From positions 171,470 to 235,469 of the forward strand of contig CAWJCN010000004.1 in assembly GCA_963841415.1 (NCBI GenBank): DNA of 64,000 bases, in the 5' to 3' direction. The notes under the pieces were generated by a model. It saw only the letters and a program-made list of their open reading frames with translations. It ran no database searches and had not been told where the DNA came from. Position 1 is the stretch's first letter. Each line of letters begins with the position of its first letter. Made by a program: the position numbers and the translations under genes. Below are positions 53,309 to 61,698 of this stretch, in pieces. Origin of the DNA: an uncultured Actinomycetes bacterium. GTDB taxonomy: Bacteria; Actinomycetota; Acidimicrobiia; IMCC26256; DASPTH01.

Positions 53309-54091
53309 TCAGGAGGGGTCGGCAGGGTGCCCGAACACCGCCGCCGCGTTGGCGCGGGTCGCCGCCGCGACATCGCCCACCGGACAGCCCCTCGCCGCCG
53401 CGAGGGCGGCGCCGACCTCCACGACCCACGCCGGACGGTTGGGTCGGCCGCGGTGCGGCACCGGCGCGAGGAAGGGCGTGTCGGTCTCGACGAGGACGCG
53501 GTCGAGCGGCACCATCATGGCCGCGGCGCGCACGTCGTCGGCGTTCTTGAAGCTCACGATGCCGCTGAACGACACGTACGCGCCGAGATCCAGCGCGCGC
53601 CGCGCCTCGGTGGGTCCGCCGGTGAAGCAGTGGAAGACGGTCCGCGCGGGCACACCGACGTCGGCGAGCACCGCGAAGGTGTCGTCCCACGCGTCGCGGG
53701 AGTGGATCACGAGCGCGCGGTCGAGCTCCCGGGCGAGTTGCACCTGCGCCCGGAACGCGACCTCCTGGTCGTCGCGCGCCGAGTGCTCGTAGTAGAGGTC
53801 GAACCCGCTCTCGCCGATCCCGGCCACCACGTCGGCGTGGTCGCGGGCCAGGGCGGTGAGCTCGGCCCACTGCTCGTCGAGGTGGGAGGCGTCGTGGGGA
53901 TGCAGCCCGACGGTGGCCCGCACCTCCGGGTGCTCGTGCGCCAGCTCGACCGCCCGCCGGGAGCTCGCCAGGTCGGTGCCGACGCAGATCAGGGCGTCGA
54001 CGCCCGCCCCGACCGCTTCCCGGACCTGGGTGGCGGGGTCCTCGTCGGTGCCCTGGTAGCCCAGGTGGCAGTGGCTGTCGACCCAGGTCAA
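53309..54091 (-). CDS. tatD: TatD-family metal-dependent deoxyribonuclease/hydrolase
   Basis: TTG start. WVDSHCHL N-terminus, VLVETDTPFLAPVPHRG near the C-terminus. Confidence 0.85.
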   Translation of the reverse strand: MTWVDSHCHLGYQGTDEDPATQVREAVGAGVDALICVGTDLASSRRAVELAHEHPEVRATVGLHPHDASHLDEQWAELTALARDHADVVAGIGESGFDLYYEHSARDDQEVAFRAQVQLARELDRALVIHSRDAWDDTFAVLADVGVPARTVFHCFTGGPTEARRALDLGAYVSFSGIVSFKNADDVRAAAMMVPLDRVLVETDTPFLAPVPHRGRPNRPAWVVEVGAALAAARGCPVGDVAAATRANAAAVFGHPADPS

Positions 54092-54175
54092 CTGGCGCTC
54101 ACGCTCACGCGTCCACCATTGGGCGCTCGCTGCTCGCCGGTCCGCCCTGCTCGAGGACGCCCGGCTCGCTCACGC

Positions 54176-55702
54176 TCACGCCTCGGTCTCGATCCGGGGG
54201 AACAGCGGGTCGCCCTTCTCCAGCGGTGATCCCGCGGGCAAGCCGCCCCACGCGGCCGCCTCCGGGAGCCGCTGCTCCTCCGGCGGGCCGGGCAGGCCGA
54301 GACGCCGCCAGAGCTCGCCCGCGGCGCGCGGGATCAGCGGCGACGCGAGCAGCGCGACGACGCGCAGCGCCTCGAGGCAGTCGCCGAGCACCGCGGCGAC
54401 CGCGGCGGTGTCGCCCACCTTGTTGAGCGCCCACGGCTGCTGTTCCTCGATGTACGCGTTGGTGTGACGGATCAGCTCCCAGACCGCGCCGAACCCACCC
54501 GCGTAGTCGAGCTCCTCCATGCGCGCGGTGAGGGTGCCGAACGCGGTGGCCGCCTGCTCGACGAGTGGACCGTCGGCGCGCGAGTCGGGCACCACCCCGC
54601 CGCAGTAGCTCACCGCCATGTTGAGGACGCGGTTGGCGAGGTTGCCGAAGTTGTTGGCGAGGTCGGCGTTGTAGCGCGCGACCATCGCCTCGTAGCTGAA
54701 GTCGCCGTCGGGTCCGAAGCGCTGGTCGGCGAGGAAGTGGTAGCGGAACCCGTCGACCCCGAACTCGGCGACGAGGTCGGCGGGCGCGATCTGGTTCGCC
54801 TTCGTCTTGCTCATCTTGTCGCCACCGACGAGCAGGTACCCGTGCGCGAAGACCGTCTTCGGCGGTGCCTCCCCTGCGGCCATCAGCATGGCGGGCCAGT
54901 ACGCCGCATGTTGGCGGAGGATGTCCTTGCCGATGAGGTGGTAGTCGGCCGGCCAGAAGCGGTCGAAGCGGGCGCGGTCGTCGGGATACCCCACCGCGGT
55001 GCAGTAGTTGATCAGCGCGTCGAACCACACGTAGGCGACGTGGGACTGGTCCCACGGCAGCGGGATGCCCCACGAGATCGACGTGCGGCTGATCGAGAAG
55101 TCGAGCAGGCCCTGCTTGATCAGGCCGAGCACCTCGTTGCGTTTTCCGGCGGGCTGCACCGCCTCCGGGTGCTCGGTGTAGTGCGCGAGGAGGCGGTCCT
55201 CGTAGCGCGAGAGGCGGAAGAAGTAGTTCTCCTCGGTGACGTGCTCGACGACCGTGCCGTGGATCGGGCAGCGTTGGCCGTCGTCGAGCTCGTCCTCCTT
55301 GTAGTAGAGCTCGCAGCCGACGCAGTAGAGGCCCTCGTAGCTGTCGAGCTCGATGTCGCCGGAGTCGTAGACCCGCAGGAGGAACTCCTGCACCGCCCGC
55401 TTGTGACGGGCCTCGGTGGTGCGGATGTAGTCGTCGTAGGTGATGTCGAGGTCGTCCCACGCGGCACGGAAGAGCGCGCTGTTGCGGTCGGCCCACGCGA
55501 GCGGCTCGACTCCGTGGGCCTCGGCCGCCCGCTGGATCTTGAGGCCGTGCTCGTCGGTGCCGGTGAGGAACACCACGTCGTCGCCCCACAGCCGGCGCCA
55601 ACGGGCCAGGACGTCGGCCGCGAGCGTCGTGTACGCGTGCCCGATGTGGGGCGCGTCGTTGACGTAGTAGATCGGCGTGGTGACGTAGAAGGGCTCCGAC
55701 AT
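54176..55702 (-). CDS. metG: Methionine--tRNA ligase
   Basis: TTPIYYVNDAPHIGHAYT (HIGH) and KMSKTK (KMSKS) motifs. The remainder of ORF 54176..56623 is the alternative frame of rsmI. Confidence 0.9.
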   Translation of the reverse strand: MSEPFYVTTPIYYVNDAPHIGHAYTTLAADVLARWRRLWGDDVVFLTGTDEHGLKIQRAAEAHGVEPLAWADRNSALFRAAWDDLDITYDDYIRTTEARHKRAVQEFLLRVYDSGDIELDSYEGLYCVGCELYYKEDELDDGQRCPIHGTVVEHVTEENYFFRLSRYEDRLLAHYTEHPEAVQPAGKRNEVLGLIKQGLLDFSISRTSISWGIPLPWDQSHVAYVWFDALINYCTAVGYPDDRARFDRFWPADYHLIGKDILRQHAAYWPAMLMAAGEAPPKTVFAHGYLLVGGDKMSKTKANQIAPADLVAEFGVDGFRYHFLADQRFGPDGDFSYEAMVARYNADLANNFGNLANRVLNMAVSYCGGVVPDSRADGPLVEQAATAFGTLTARMEELDYAGGFGAVWELIRHTNAYIEEQQPWALNKVGDTAAVAAVLGDCLEALRVVALLASPLIPRAAGELWRRLGLPGPPEEQRLPEAAAWGGLPAGSPLEKGDPLFPRIETEA

Positions 55703-55757
55703 GGTGAGCACCACCCTATTTCCGAACTGGCGTCGCTCAACCCACCTATCACCCCAC

Positions 55758-56630
55758 CTATAACCCCGGCGAACGACGCCGGTTCGCTTGCTTGAGGCGC
55801 GTGGCGGCGTCGTAGGTGCGGCGACGGGGGACGCCGAGGTCGCGCGCGACCCGGGCCGCGGCGTCGCGCGTCGACAGGCCCTCGCCGAGCGCGGCGGTGA
55901 CGTGGGCGTCGATCTCCGCGTCGCTGGCCTCGGGCGGCGGCGGTGCGGGCGCGACCACGATGACGTGCTCCCCGCGCGGCTCTCCGAGCTCGACGTGCCC
56001 GACCGCCTCGTCCAGCGTCCCGCGCCACACCTCCTGGTGCAGCTTGGTGAGCTCGCGGGCGACGGCCACCTCCCGCAACGGTCCGCACGCGCCCAGCAAC
56101 TGGGTGAGCGTGCCGTGCACCCTCCGGGGCGACTCGTAGAGCACGACGGTGCGGATCTCGGGCACGAGCCCGGCGATGCGGTCGCGGCGTTCGACGCCGC
56201 GCCGGGGCAGGAACCCCTCGAAGACGAAGCGGTCGGTCGGGAACCCGGAGAGCACGAGCGCCATGAGCACCGCGCTCGGACCTGGGACCACGTCGACGGC
56301 AAGCCCCGCGTCGACGCACGCCCGCACGAGACGCTCGCCCGGATCGGAGATGCCCGGCATCCCGGCGTCGGTGACGTACGCGACACATCGTCCGTCGCGC
56401 ACCGCGTCCACGACCCAGTCGGCGCTCTGCTGCTCGTTGTGCGCGTGCACCGAGCGCAGGCGCCCGGCCGCGGGCACGCCGAGGTGGCTGAGCAGGGCCC
56501 GGGTCCGGCGCGTGTCTTCCGCCGCGATGACGTCGGCGTCGCGCAGCGCCTCCACGACTCGTGTCGACACGTCACCGAGGTTGCCGATCGGCGTCCCGAC
56601 CAGCACCAACACACCAGGATCATCGGTCAC
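55758..56630 (-). CDS. rsmI: 16S rRNA (cytidine1402-2'-O)-methyltransferase
   Basis: LVLVGTPIGNLGDVS..., DAGMPGISDPG motifs. GTG start. Confidence 0.9.
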   Translation of the reverse strand: MTDDPGVLVLVGTPIGNLGDVSTRVVEALRDADVIAAEDTRRTRALLSHLGVPAAGRLRSVHAHNEQQSADWVVDAVRDGRCVAYVTDAGMPGISDPGERLVRACVDAGLAVDVVPGPSAVLMALVLSGFPTDRFVFEGFLPRRGVERRDRIAGLVPEIRTVVLYESPRRVHGTLTQLLGACGPLREVAVARELTKLHQEVWRGTLDEAVGHVELGEPRGEHVIVVAPAPPPPEASDAEIDAHVTAALGEGLSTRDAAARVARDLGVPRRRTYDAATRLKQANRRRSPGL

Positions 56631-56719
56631 GCTTTCCCGCTCTCGGTGCTGCGCACCGGGCCGCTCGGGCCCCGCTCCGTTGCTCGCCGGGATACCCGGC
56701 TCGCGGACACTTCGCTCAT
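56627..56719 (-). CDS. Candidate relay mini-ORF E (MSEVSASRVSRRATERGPSGPVRSTESGKA)
   Basis: Its ATG overlaps the DUF192 stop (GCATGAGC). Its TGA overlaps the rsmI GTG (GCGTGACC). It contains the GG-TAT-CC hairpin and the GAGAGCGGGAAAGC 3' motif. Confidence 0.4.
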   Translation of the reverse strand: MSEVSASRVSRRATERGPSGPVRSTESGKA

Positions 56720-57045
56720 GCGCGGAGCTCCACCCGGTCGCCGGGCACGAGCCGCCACCGGTCGAACGCGCCGGATTCGGCTTCGATCACGAACACGGCC
56801 CGCCGCACGTACGGCGACACCCGCCACGGGGCGAGGTTGGTCGTGCGGACCACGACACCCTCGGCGTCGCAGAACGCCACGTCGATGGCGAAGCGCATCC
56901 CCGCGGTGTGCACGTTGCGGCACGGCCGCAGGACGAGCGCGCCGTCGAACGAGTCGCGGTGCAGCAGCCCGCGGCGACGAGCGCGCGCCGAATCGGCGAG
57001 CTCGGCTGCTGCCAGCACATCACCGTCGCGTACGAGCCAGGGCAT
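56716..57045 (-). CDS. DUF192 domain protein
   Basis: 109 aa. RRRGLLHRDSFDGALVL...VHTAGMRFAIDVAF family pattern. Confidence 0.75.
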   Translation of the reverse strand: MPWLVRDGDVLAAAELADSARARRRGLLHRDSFDGALVLRPCRNVHTAGMRFAIDVAFCDAEGVVVRTTNLAPWRVSPYVRRAVFVIEAESGAFDRWRLVPGDRVELRA

Positions 57046-57061
57046 CGCTCCCGAAACTCCG

Positions 57062-58126
57062 TCACACGTTGAAGCGGATCTCGAGCACGTCGCCGTCGAC
57101 GACCTCGTACTCCTTGCCCTCCACGCGCAGCTTTCCCTGCTCCTTGGCCTTGGTCCACGAGCCGATGTCGAGGAGCTCCGCCCAGTGGATCACCTCGGCT
57201 CGGATGAAGCCGCGCTGGAGGTCGGAGTGGATCACGCCGGCGCACTCCGGTGCCTTCGCGCCCGCCCGGAAGGTCCATGCCCGCGACTCGGTGTCGCCGG
57301 TGGTGAGGAACGTGCGCCGACCGAGGAGGTGGTAGGCGGCGCGCGCCACGCGGGGCACGACGCCCTCGCCGAGCCCGAGACCCTCGAGCAGCTCGGCGCG
57401 CCCCTCGGGGTCGAGCTGCGCCGCCTCGGCTTCGAGCTGCAGGCACACCCCCATCGCCTCGACGCCGTCGGCCACCGGAGCCACGATCTCGTCGACCCGC
57501 TCGAGCTGGTCTTCGCCGATGTTCACCACGACCAGCACCGGCTTCACGGTGAGGAGGAACGCGGGGGCCAGGAGCTCGCGCTCGTCGTCGCCGAGGTCGG
57601 CGCGGTACAGCGGCACGCCGTCGCCGAGCAGTGTCGCCGCCCGTTCGAGCGCAGCGATCTCGCCGGCCAGCGACTTGTCACCTTTCGCCGCCCGCTGCTG
57701 CCGGTGCAGCCGACCCTCGACCGACGCCAGATCGGCGAGCACGAGCTCGAGCTCGAGGGTGTCGAGATCGGCGCGGGGGTCGGTGTCGCCCGGCACCGAC
57801 GGATCCTCGAAGGCCCGCAAGACGTAGAGGACGGCGTCGCAGTCGCGCAACGACCCGAGGAAGCGGTTGCCGAGGCCCTCGCCAGCGCTCGCGCCCTTCA
57901 CCAGCGCCGCGATGTCGACGATCTCGAAGCCGGTGTACACGAGCTTCTTCGAGTTGGACATCTTGCCGAGCAGATCGACGCGCTCGTCCGGGACGTGCGC
58001 GAGCGCGACGGTCGTCTCGGTGGTGGAGAACGGGTGCGTCGCCACGACGGTCGACGCGCCGGTGAGCGCGTTGAACAGGCTCGACTTGCCGCTGTTGGGG
58101 AGACCGACGAGCCCGAGGCGTTCCAT
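57062..58126 (-). CDS. ychF: Redox-regulated ATPase YchF
   Basis: GLVGLPNSGKSSLFNALT P-loop, and a C-terminal TGS-like FIRAEV...VVDGDVLEIRFNV. Confidence 0.9.
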   Translation of the reverse strand: MERLGLVGLPNSGKSSLFNALTGASTVVATHPFSTTETTVALAHVPDERVDLLGKMSNSKKLVYTGFEIVDIAALVKGASAGEGLGNRFLGSLRDCDAVLYVLRAFEDPSVPGDTDPRADLDTLELELVLADLASVEGRLHRQQRAAKGDKSLAGEIAALERAATLLGDGVPLYRADLGDDERELLAPAFLLTVKPVLVVVNIGEDQLERVDEIVAPVADGVEAMGVCLQLEAEAAQLDPEGRAELLEGLGLGEGVVPRVARAAYHLLGRRTFLTTGDTESRAWTFRAGAKAPECAGVIHSDLQRGFIRAEVIHWAELLDIGSWTKAKEQGKLRVEGKEYEVVDGDVLEIRFNV

Positions 58127-58182
58127 GCGGGCGCCAGGCTACCGGCGCCTCCCCGATGGGTCGCTCCTCGGCGACCTTCCGG

Positions 58183-59541
58183 TCAGCAGCTCGCGACCGC
58201 GGCCGCGGCGTCGAGCTTCCCGTACCCGTACAACGTGTCGACCCCGGCGGGCCCCAGGTCGTGCGCCGAGCTCTCGAGTCGTCCCACCACCTGCGCCGCG
58301 GTGTCGGACGGGCAGTGCTGCACCACCAGCGCGGCGGCAGCCGCCACGAACGGCGTGGCCATCGACGTGCCGCTCAGCTGCCCGTAACCAGTCGAGGCGA
58401 CGGTTGTGGGCAGCGTGGAGTTGATCTGGGTGCCTGGCGCGCTGATGCCCGTGGGCGTTCCCGTGCCGCTCCACGCGCGTGACGAGTAGGTGGCGAGCTT
58501 GTAGGGGAGGTCGGCGGGCCACGGCGTCGATGTCGGGCACGACGAGGTGGTGCCCGCCTTGCAGAGCGCCGAGACCGACAACATCTGCGGCGTGCTGTCG
58601 GCGAGCGACGCCGGGAACAGCGGCGTGGCGCACGAGCTGTTTCCGGCCGCGACGGTGATCACCGGGTGGGTGTAGTTGGCGTTGCTCGCGTCCTCGACGT
58701 CGGCGATCGCCTGGATCACGGTCGGGTCGCTCGACTTGCCGCCGAGGCTCATCGTGATGACCTGCGCGTCGCCCTTCGTGATGTCGGCCGCCCAGTAGAT
58801 GCCGGCCGCGACGTCGGAGTAGCTGCCTGCGCCGCTGGTGCCGAGGACCCGCACGGGGATCAGGGTGACGCCGGGCGCGCCACCCTCGACGCCGATGCCG
58901 TTGCCGGCGGTGGCGGCGACGATGCCGGCGACGTGCGTCCCGTGTCCACTCGTCGAGGGATCGGTGGTGTCGGCGGGCGGGTTCGACTTGTCGGACGCCG
59001 ACACGATGTCGGCGCTCGGGCCGGTGAAGTGCCCGGTCAGGTCGGGGTGCGTCGTGTTGATGCCGGTGTCGAGCTCGGCGACTCGCACGCCGGTGCCGGT
59101 GTTGGTGGCAGGCGTTCCCCAGGCGCTGGTGAAACCAGAGTCGGTGAACCCCCACGTGGGCGTCTCGGCCAGGGCCTGCACCTCGCCGTCGGGCGCGAAC
59201 GACGTGACGTCGCCTTGGGCGGCAGCGTCGGCGCGGAACTTCGCGATGTCGGCGGCGGAGCCGACGTTGCGTGTGAGCACCTTCGAGCGGCCGTTGTGCT
59301 CCACCACTGCGACATAGCGGTCTTCGATCTTGCCGTTGTCGTCGTCGCCGCTCGTCGCGGCGGCCGCGGCGGACCCGTCGAGGCCACAGATCTTCGGCAG
59401 GGTCGTGGTGGTCGTCGTCGGAGGAGGGGGCGGTGGGGGCGGCGGCAGACAGGCGGCGGCGACGATCGCCACGCCCGCGACCGCGAGGAACACCAACCAC
59501 CGGCTGCGGACGCCGGTCCGGCCGGTCCGCTCGAGTTGCAC
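58183..59541 (-). CDS. S8-family (subtilisin-like) serine peptidase, probable lipoprotein with a Pro/Thr linker
   Basis: Asp/His/Ser motifs VAELDTGI, GHGTHVAG, GTSMATPFVAAAAA. Signal sequence LVFLAVAGVAIVAAAC. Start is GTG 59541 or ATG 59637. Confidence 0.85.
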   Translation of the reverse strand: MQLERTGRTGVRSRWLVFLAVAGVAIVAAACLPPPPPPPPPTTTTTTLPKICGLDGSAAAAATSGDDDNGKIEDRYVAVVEHNGRSKVLTRNVGSAADIAKFRADAAAQGDVTSFAPDGEVQALAETPTWGFTDSGFTSAWGTPATNTGTGVRVAELDTGINTTHPDLTGHFTGPSADIVSASDKSNPPADTTDPSTSGHGTHVAGIVAATAGNGIGVEGGAPGVTLIPVRVLGTSGAGSYSDVAAGIYWAADITKGDAQVITMSLGGKSSDPTVIQAIADVEDASNANYTHPVITVAAGNSSCATPLFPASLADSTPQMLSVSALCKAGTTSSCPTSTPWPADLPYKLATYSSRAWSGTGTPTGISAPGTQINSTLPTTVASTGYGQLSGTSMATPFVAAAAALVVQHCPSDTAAQVVGRLESSAHDLGPAGVDTLYGYGKLDAAAAVASC

Positions 59542-59657
59542 CTGCTCGTCCTCCGCGTCCTGCCGCCCGCCGGGCGGGAGCCTATCGGGTCGCAGACCGC
59601 TCGTTGCGCGGCGCGACGGCCAATCCACTACATTCATCGGCTCTCACGGAGGATCTC

Positions 59658-59744
59658 ATGAGCAAGAAGACCGCCAAGCGCAAGCTCCGTTCGCGACGGA
59701 ACAAGGCCAACCACGGCAAGCGCCCCAACTCGGGCCGCCGGTAA
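59658..59744 (+). CDS. Small basic protein resembling ribosomal protein bL37 (28 aa)
   Basis: MSKKTAKRKLRSRRNKANHGKRPNSGRR with the KANHGKRPN core recalled from the mycobacterial bL37 family. Strong GGAGGA lies 4 nt upstream. Too short for the ORF track. Confidence 0.65.
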   Translation: MSKKTAKRKLRSRRNKANHGKRPNSGRR

Positions 59745-59933
59745 GCCGCTTCGGCCACCGCGTGAGCACGTGTGGAAGGACCCCCAGCCAACGGCCGGGG
59801 GTCCTCCGCGTGGGGCTGGTCGTGGGGTTGGTCAGCCGGTGAACTGCTTTCACCTGCCCGGCGGGTCCCAGGTTTCCCAAATGCGCGGCCGGCAAAACCT
59901 CGGGCGAGCCCTGGGGATCGGCCACGGAGGGTG

Positions 59934-60737
59934 TCAACCAAGCTGGGGCAATTGTTCGATGAGCACCGTTTGGACGGCGCGTCCGATGCGACCCCGCTCG
60001 TCGTTGAGGACGCTCTCGGCCACGCCGAAGCCGGTGCGCTCGGGGTACGTCGCAGAGTCGAGGCCCACCCACTCGGTGACGGGGAGCCGATGCAACGTCA
60101 CGGTGAGGTCGGGGTTGATGCACGAGTAGCGACCACGGTCGAAGGCCGCCGCGACCCCGTTGCCGAAGTCGCTTGCCGCGGCCACCCGCTGGAACGGGGT
60201 CGGCTCCTCTCCCGCGACGATCGGCACCGCGAGGCGGATCCACATGTCCGTGGGTCCGATCGAACCCATGTCGCCGTTGCCGACCCGGCTGACCTCGACC
60301 GCGTGCCAGAACCCGGTACCGCGCGTCCAGTCCCCCGCAAGCCGCTGCGTCGGGCCCGGAGGTGGCATCGGTCCGGAGGACCCCGCCGCGGGTTCCGTGT
60401 CGAACTCGACCGACTGCTCCCGCAGCCGCAGCAGCGTCGCGCGCACGACCTCGACGTCGCCCGCGAAGAGCGAGCCCTGCACGAGTTGCACCTTCTTCCC
60501 CGGACGGATCGTCGTGCGTTCGATGCGCAGCGGCGCAAGTGGCACCGGGCGCATCAGCTCGAGCGTGTAGCGGGCCGGGAACGTGGCCGTACCGAGCTCG
60601 AAGTCCTCCAGCAGCCCCGCGAGGAGCGCCGAGGGAGCTCCACCGTGTTGCGCGTGAGGGGACCACGGCCCGCGGGCGAGCTCGGTGGGCACAGCGACGT
60701 CACCGTCGACCTCGAAGACGTACTCGGGCTCGCTCAT
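59934..60737 (-). CDS. Thioesterase-family (double hotdog, TesB-like) protein
   Basis: Start taken at ATG 60737 (MSEPEYVFEVDGD...). The family call is from overall pattern only. Confidence 0.6.
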   Translation of the reverse strand: MSEPEYVFEVDGDVAVPTELARGPWSPHAQHGGAPSALLAGLLEDFELGTATFPARYTLELMRPVPLAPLRIERTTIRPGKKVQLVQGSLFAGDVEVVRATLLRLREQSVEFDTEPAAGSSGPMPPPGPTQRLAGDWTRGTGFWHAVEVSRVGNGDMGSIGPTDMWIRLAVPIVAGEEPTPFQRVAAASDFGNGVAAAFDRGRYSCINPDLTVTLHRLPVTEWVGLDSATYPERTGFGVAESVLNDERGRIGRAVQTVLIEQLPQLG

Positions 60738-60787
60738 CCATTCCCGCTCTCGGCGCGGACACGATGGCTCGGGCTCCCCTGCTTCAC
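60734..60787 (-). CDS. Candidate mini-ORF G (VKQGSPSHRVRAESGNG)
   Basis: GTG 60787 to TGA 60734-60736, which overlaps the thioesterase ATG (GGATGAGC). Its 3' part CCGAGAGCGGGAATGG matches the element upstream of rsmI. Confidence 0.3.
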   Translation of the reverse strand: MKQGSPSHRVRAESGNG

Positions 60788-60860
60788 GGCGGGTCAGCGT
60801 ACGCGGGAACCGTGCGGACACCCCGACCGTCGAAAGAGGTCAGCCGACCGCGGAGGGCCC

Positions 60861-61571
60861 ATGTCGAAGTTCCTACGTTCTCTGTTCCTCGTCGTCGCCG
60901 CCGTGACGGTCGCGACACCGCTCGCCCTGGTGACGACCGCCGACGCCGCCGACGCGGCGACGCACGCTCGCACGATCACCGTCGTCGGGACCGGTGAGGT
61001 GCGAGGCACCCCCGATGTCGCCGACCTCGTGATCGGCGTGTCCGGTCGTGGCGCGACGGCGACCGACGTGCTCGGGCGCATCGCCGACCGCGCGCAGAAG
61101 GTGATCGACGCCCTGCACGACGCTGGAGTGTCCGACGACGACATCCAGACGGCCGACCTGTCGGTGCAACCGGTGCTCGACGACAAGGGCGACGTCACCG
61201 GTTACCAGGCCACGAACACCGTCACCGCTCGCATCCGCGACCTCACGAAGGCCGGCGCGGTCGTCGACGCAGCCGCGGCCAAGGCCGGCGACGACATCCG
61301 CGTGCAAGGCATCACGTTCTCGATCGACGACGACAGCGCCCTCCTCGCCGCCGCCCGCACCAAGGCCACGAAGCGGGCCCGCGCCCAGGCGGAGCAGCTG
61401 GCGAGCGGGGCGGACGTCGAGGTGGGCGAGGTCCGTTCGATCACCGAGTCCACGAGCGCGGTGCCCCTCAGCTACGCCGCCGACGCGGCGGGGAAGGCGG
61501 CCAGCACGCCGGTGATGCCCGGGAGCGAAACCCTCTCCGTGCAGGCGACCGTGGTGTTCGCCATCCGCTGA
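60861..61571 (+). CDS. SIMPL/DUF541 domain secreted protein
   Basis: GGAGGG SD. Signal peptide LFLVVAAVTVATPLALVTTADA. ITVVGTGEV...TPDVA...GYQATNTVTA...ARAQAEQLA pattern. Confidence 0.8.
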   Translation: MSKFLRSLFLVVAAVTVATPLALVTTADAADAATHARTITVVGTGEVRGTPDVADLVIGVSGRGATATDVLGRIADRAQKVIDALHDAGVSDDDIQTADLSVQPVLDDKGDVTGYQATNTVTARIRDLTKAGAVVDAAAAKAGDDIRVQGITFSIDDDSALLAAARTKATKRARAQAEQLASGADVEVGEVRSITESTSAVPLSYAADAAGKAASTPVMPGSETLSVQATVVFAIR

Positions 61572-61698
61572 ACGTTGCCGAACCCCACTGAACCGCTCCG
61601 GCCGTCCCCAACGCCGCGAAGGTGAGTCGGTCAAGGCCGGTCACGCGGCGACCGATAGCAGTCACCAGGGCAGGTCGGGGCGAGTCGGGGACGGGCCA

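Noticed and set aside
55703-56623. Upstream part of the 815-aa ORF 54176..56623, as if metG were N-terminally extended
   Set aside because: MetG homology starts at MSEPFYVTTPIYY (ATG 55702). The upstream part is the alternative frame of rsmI.
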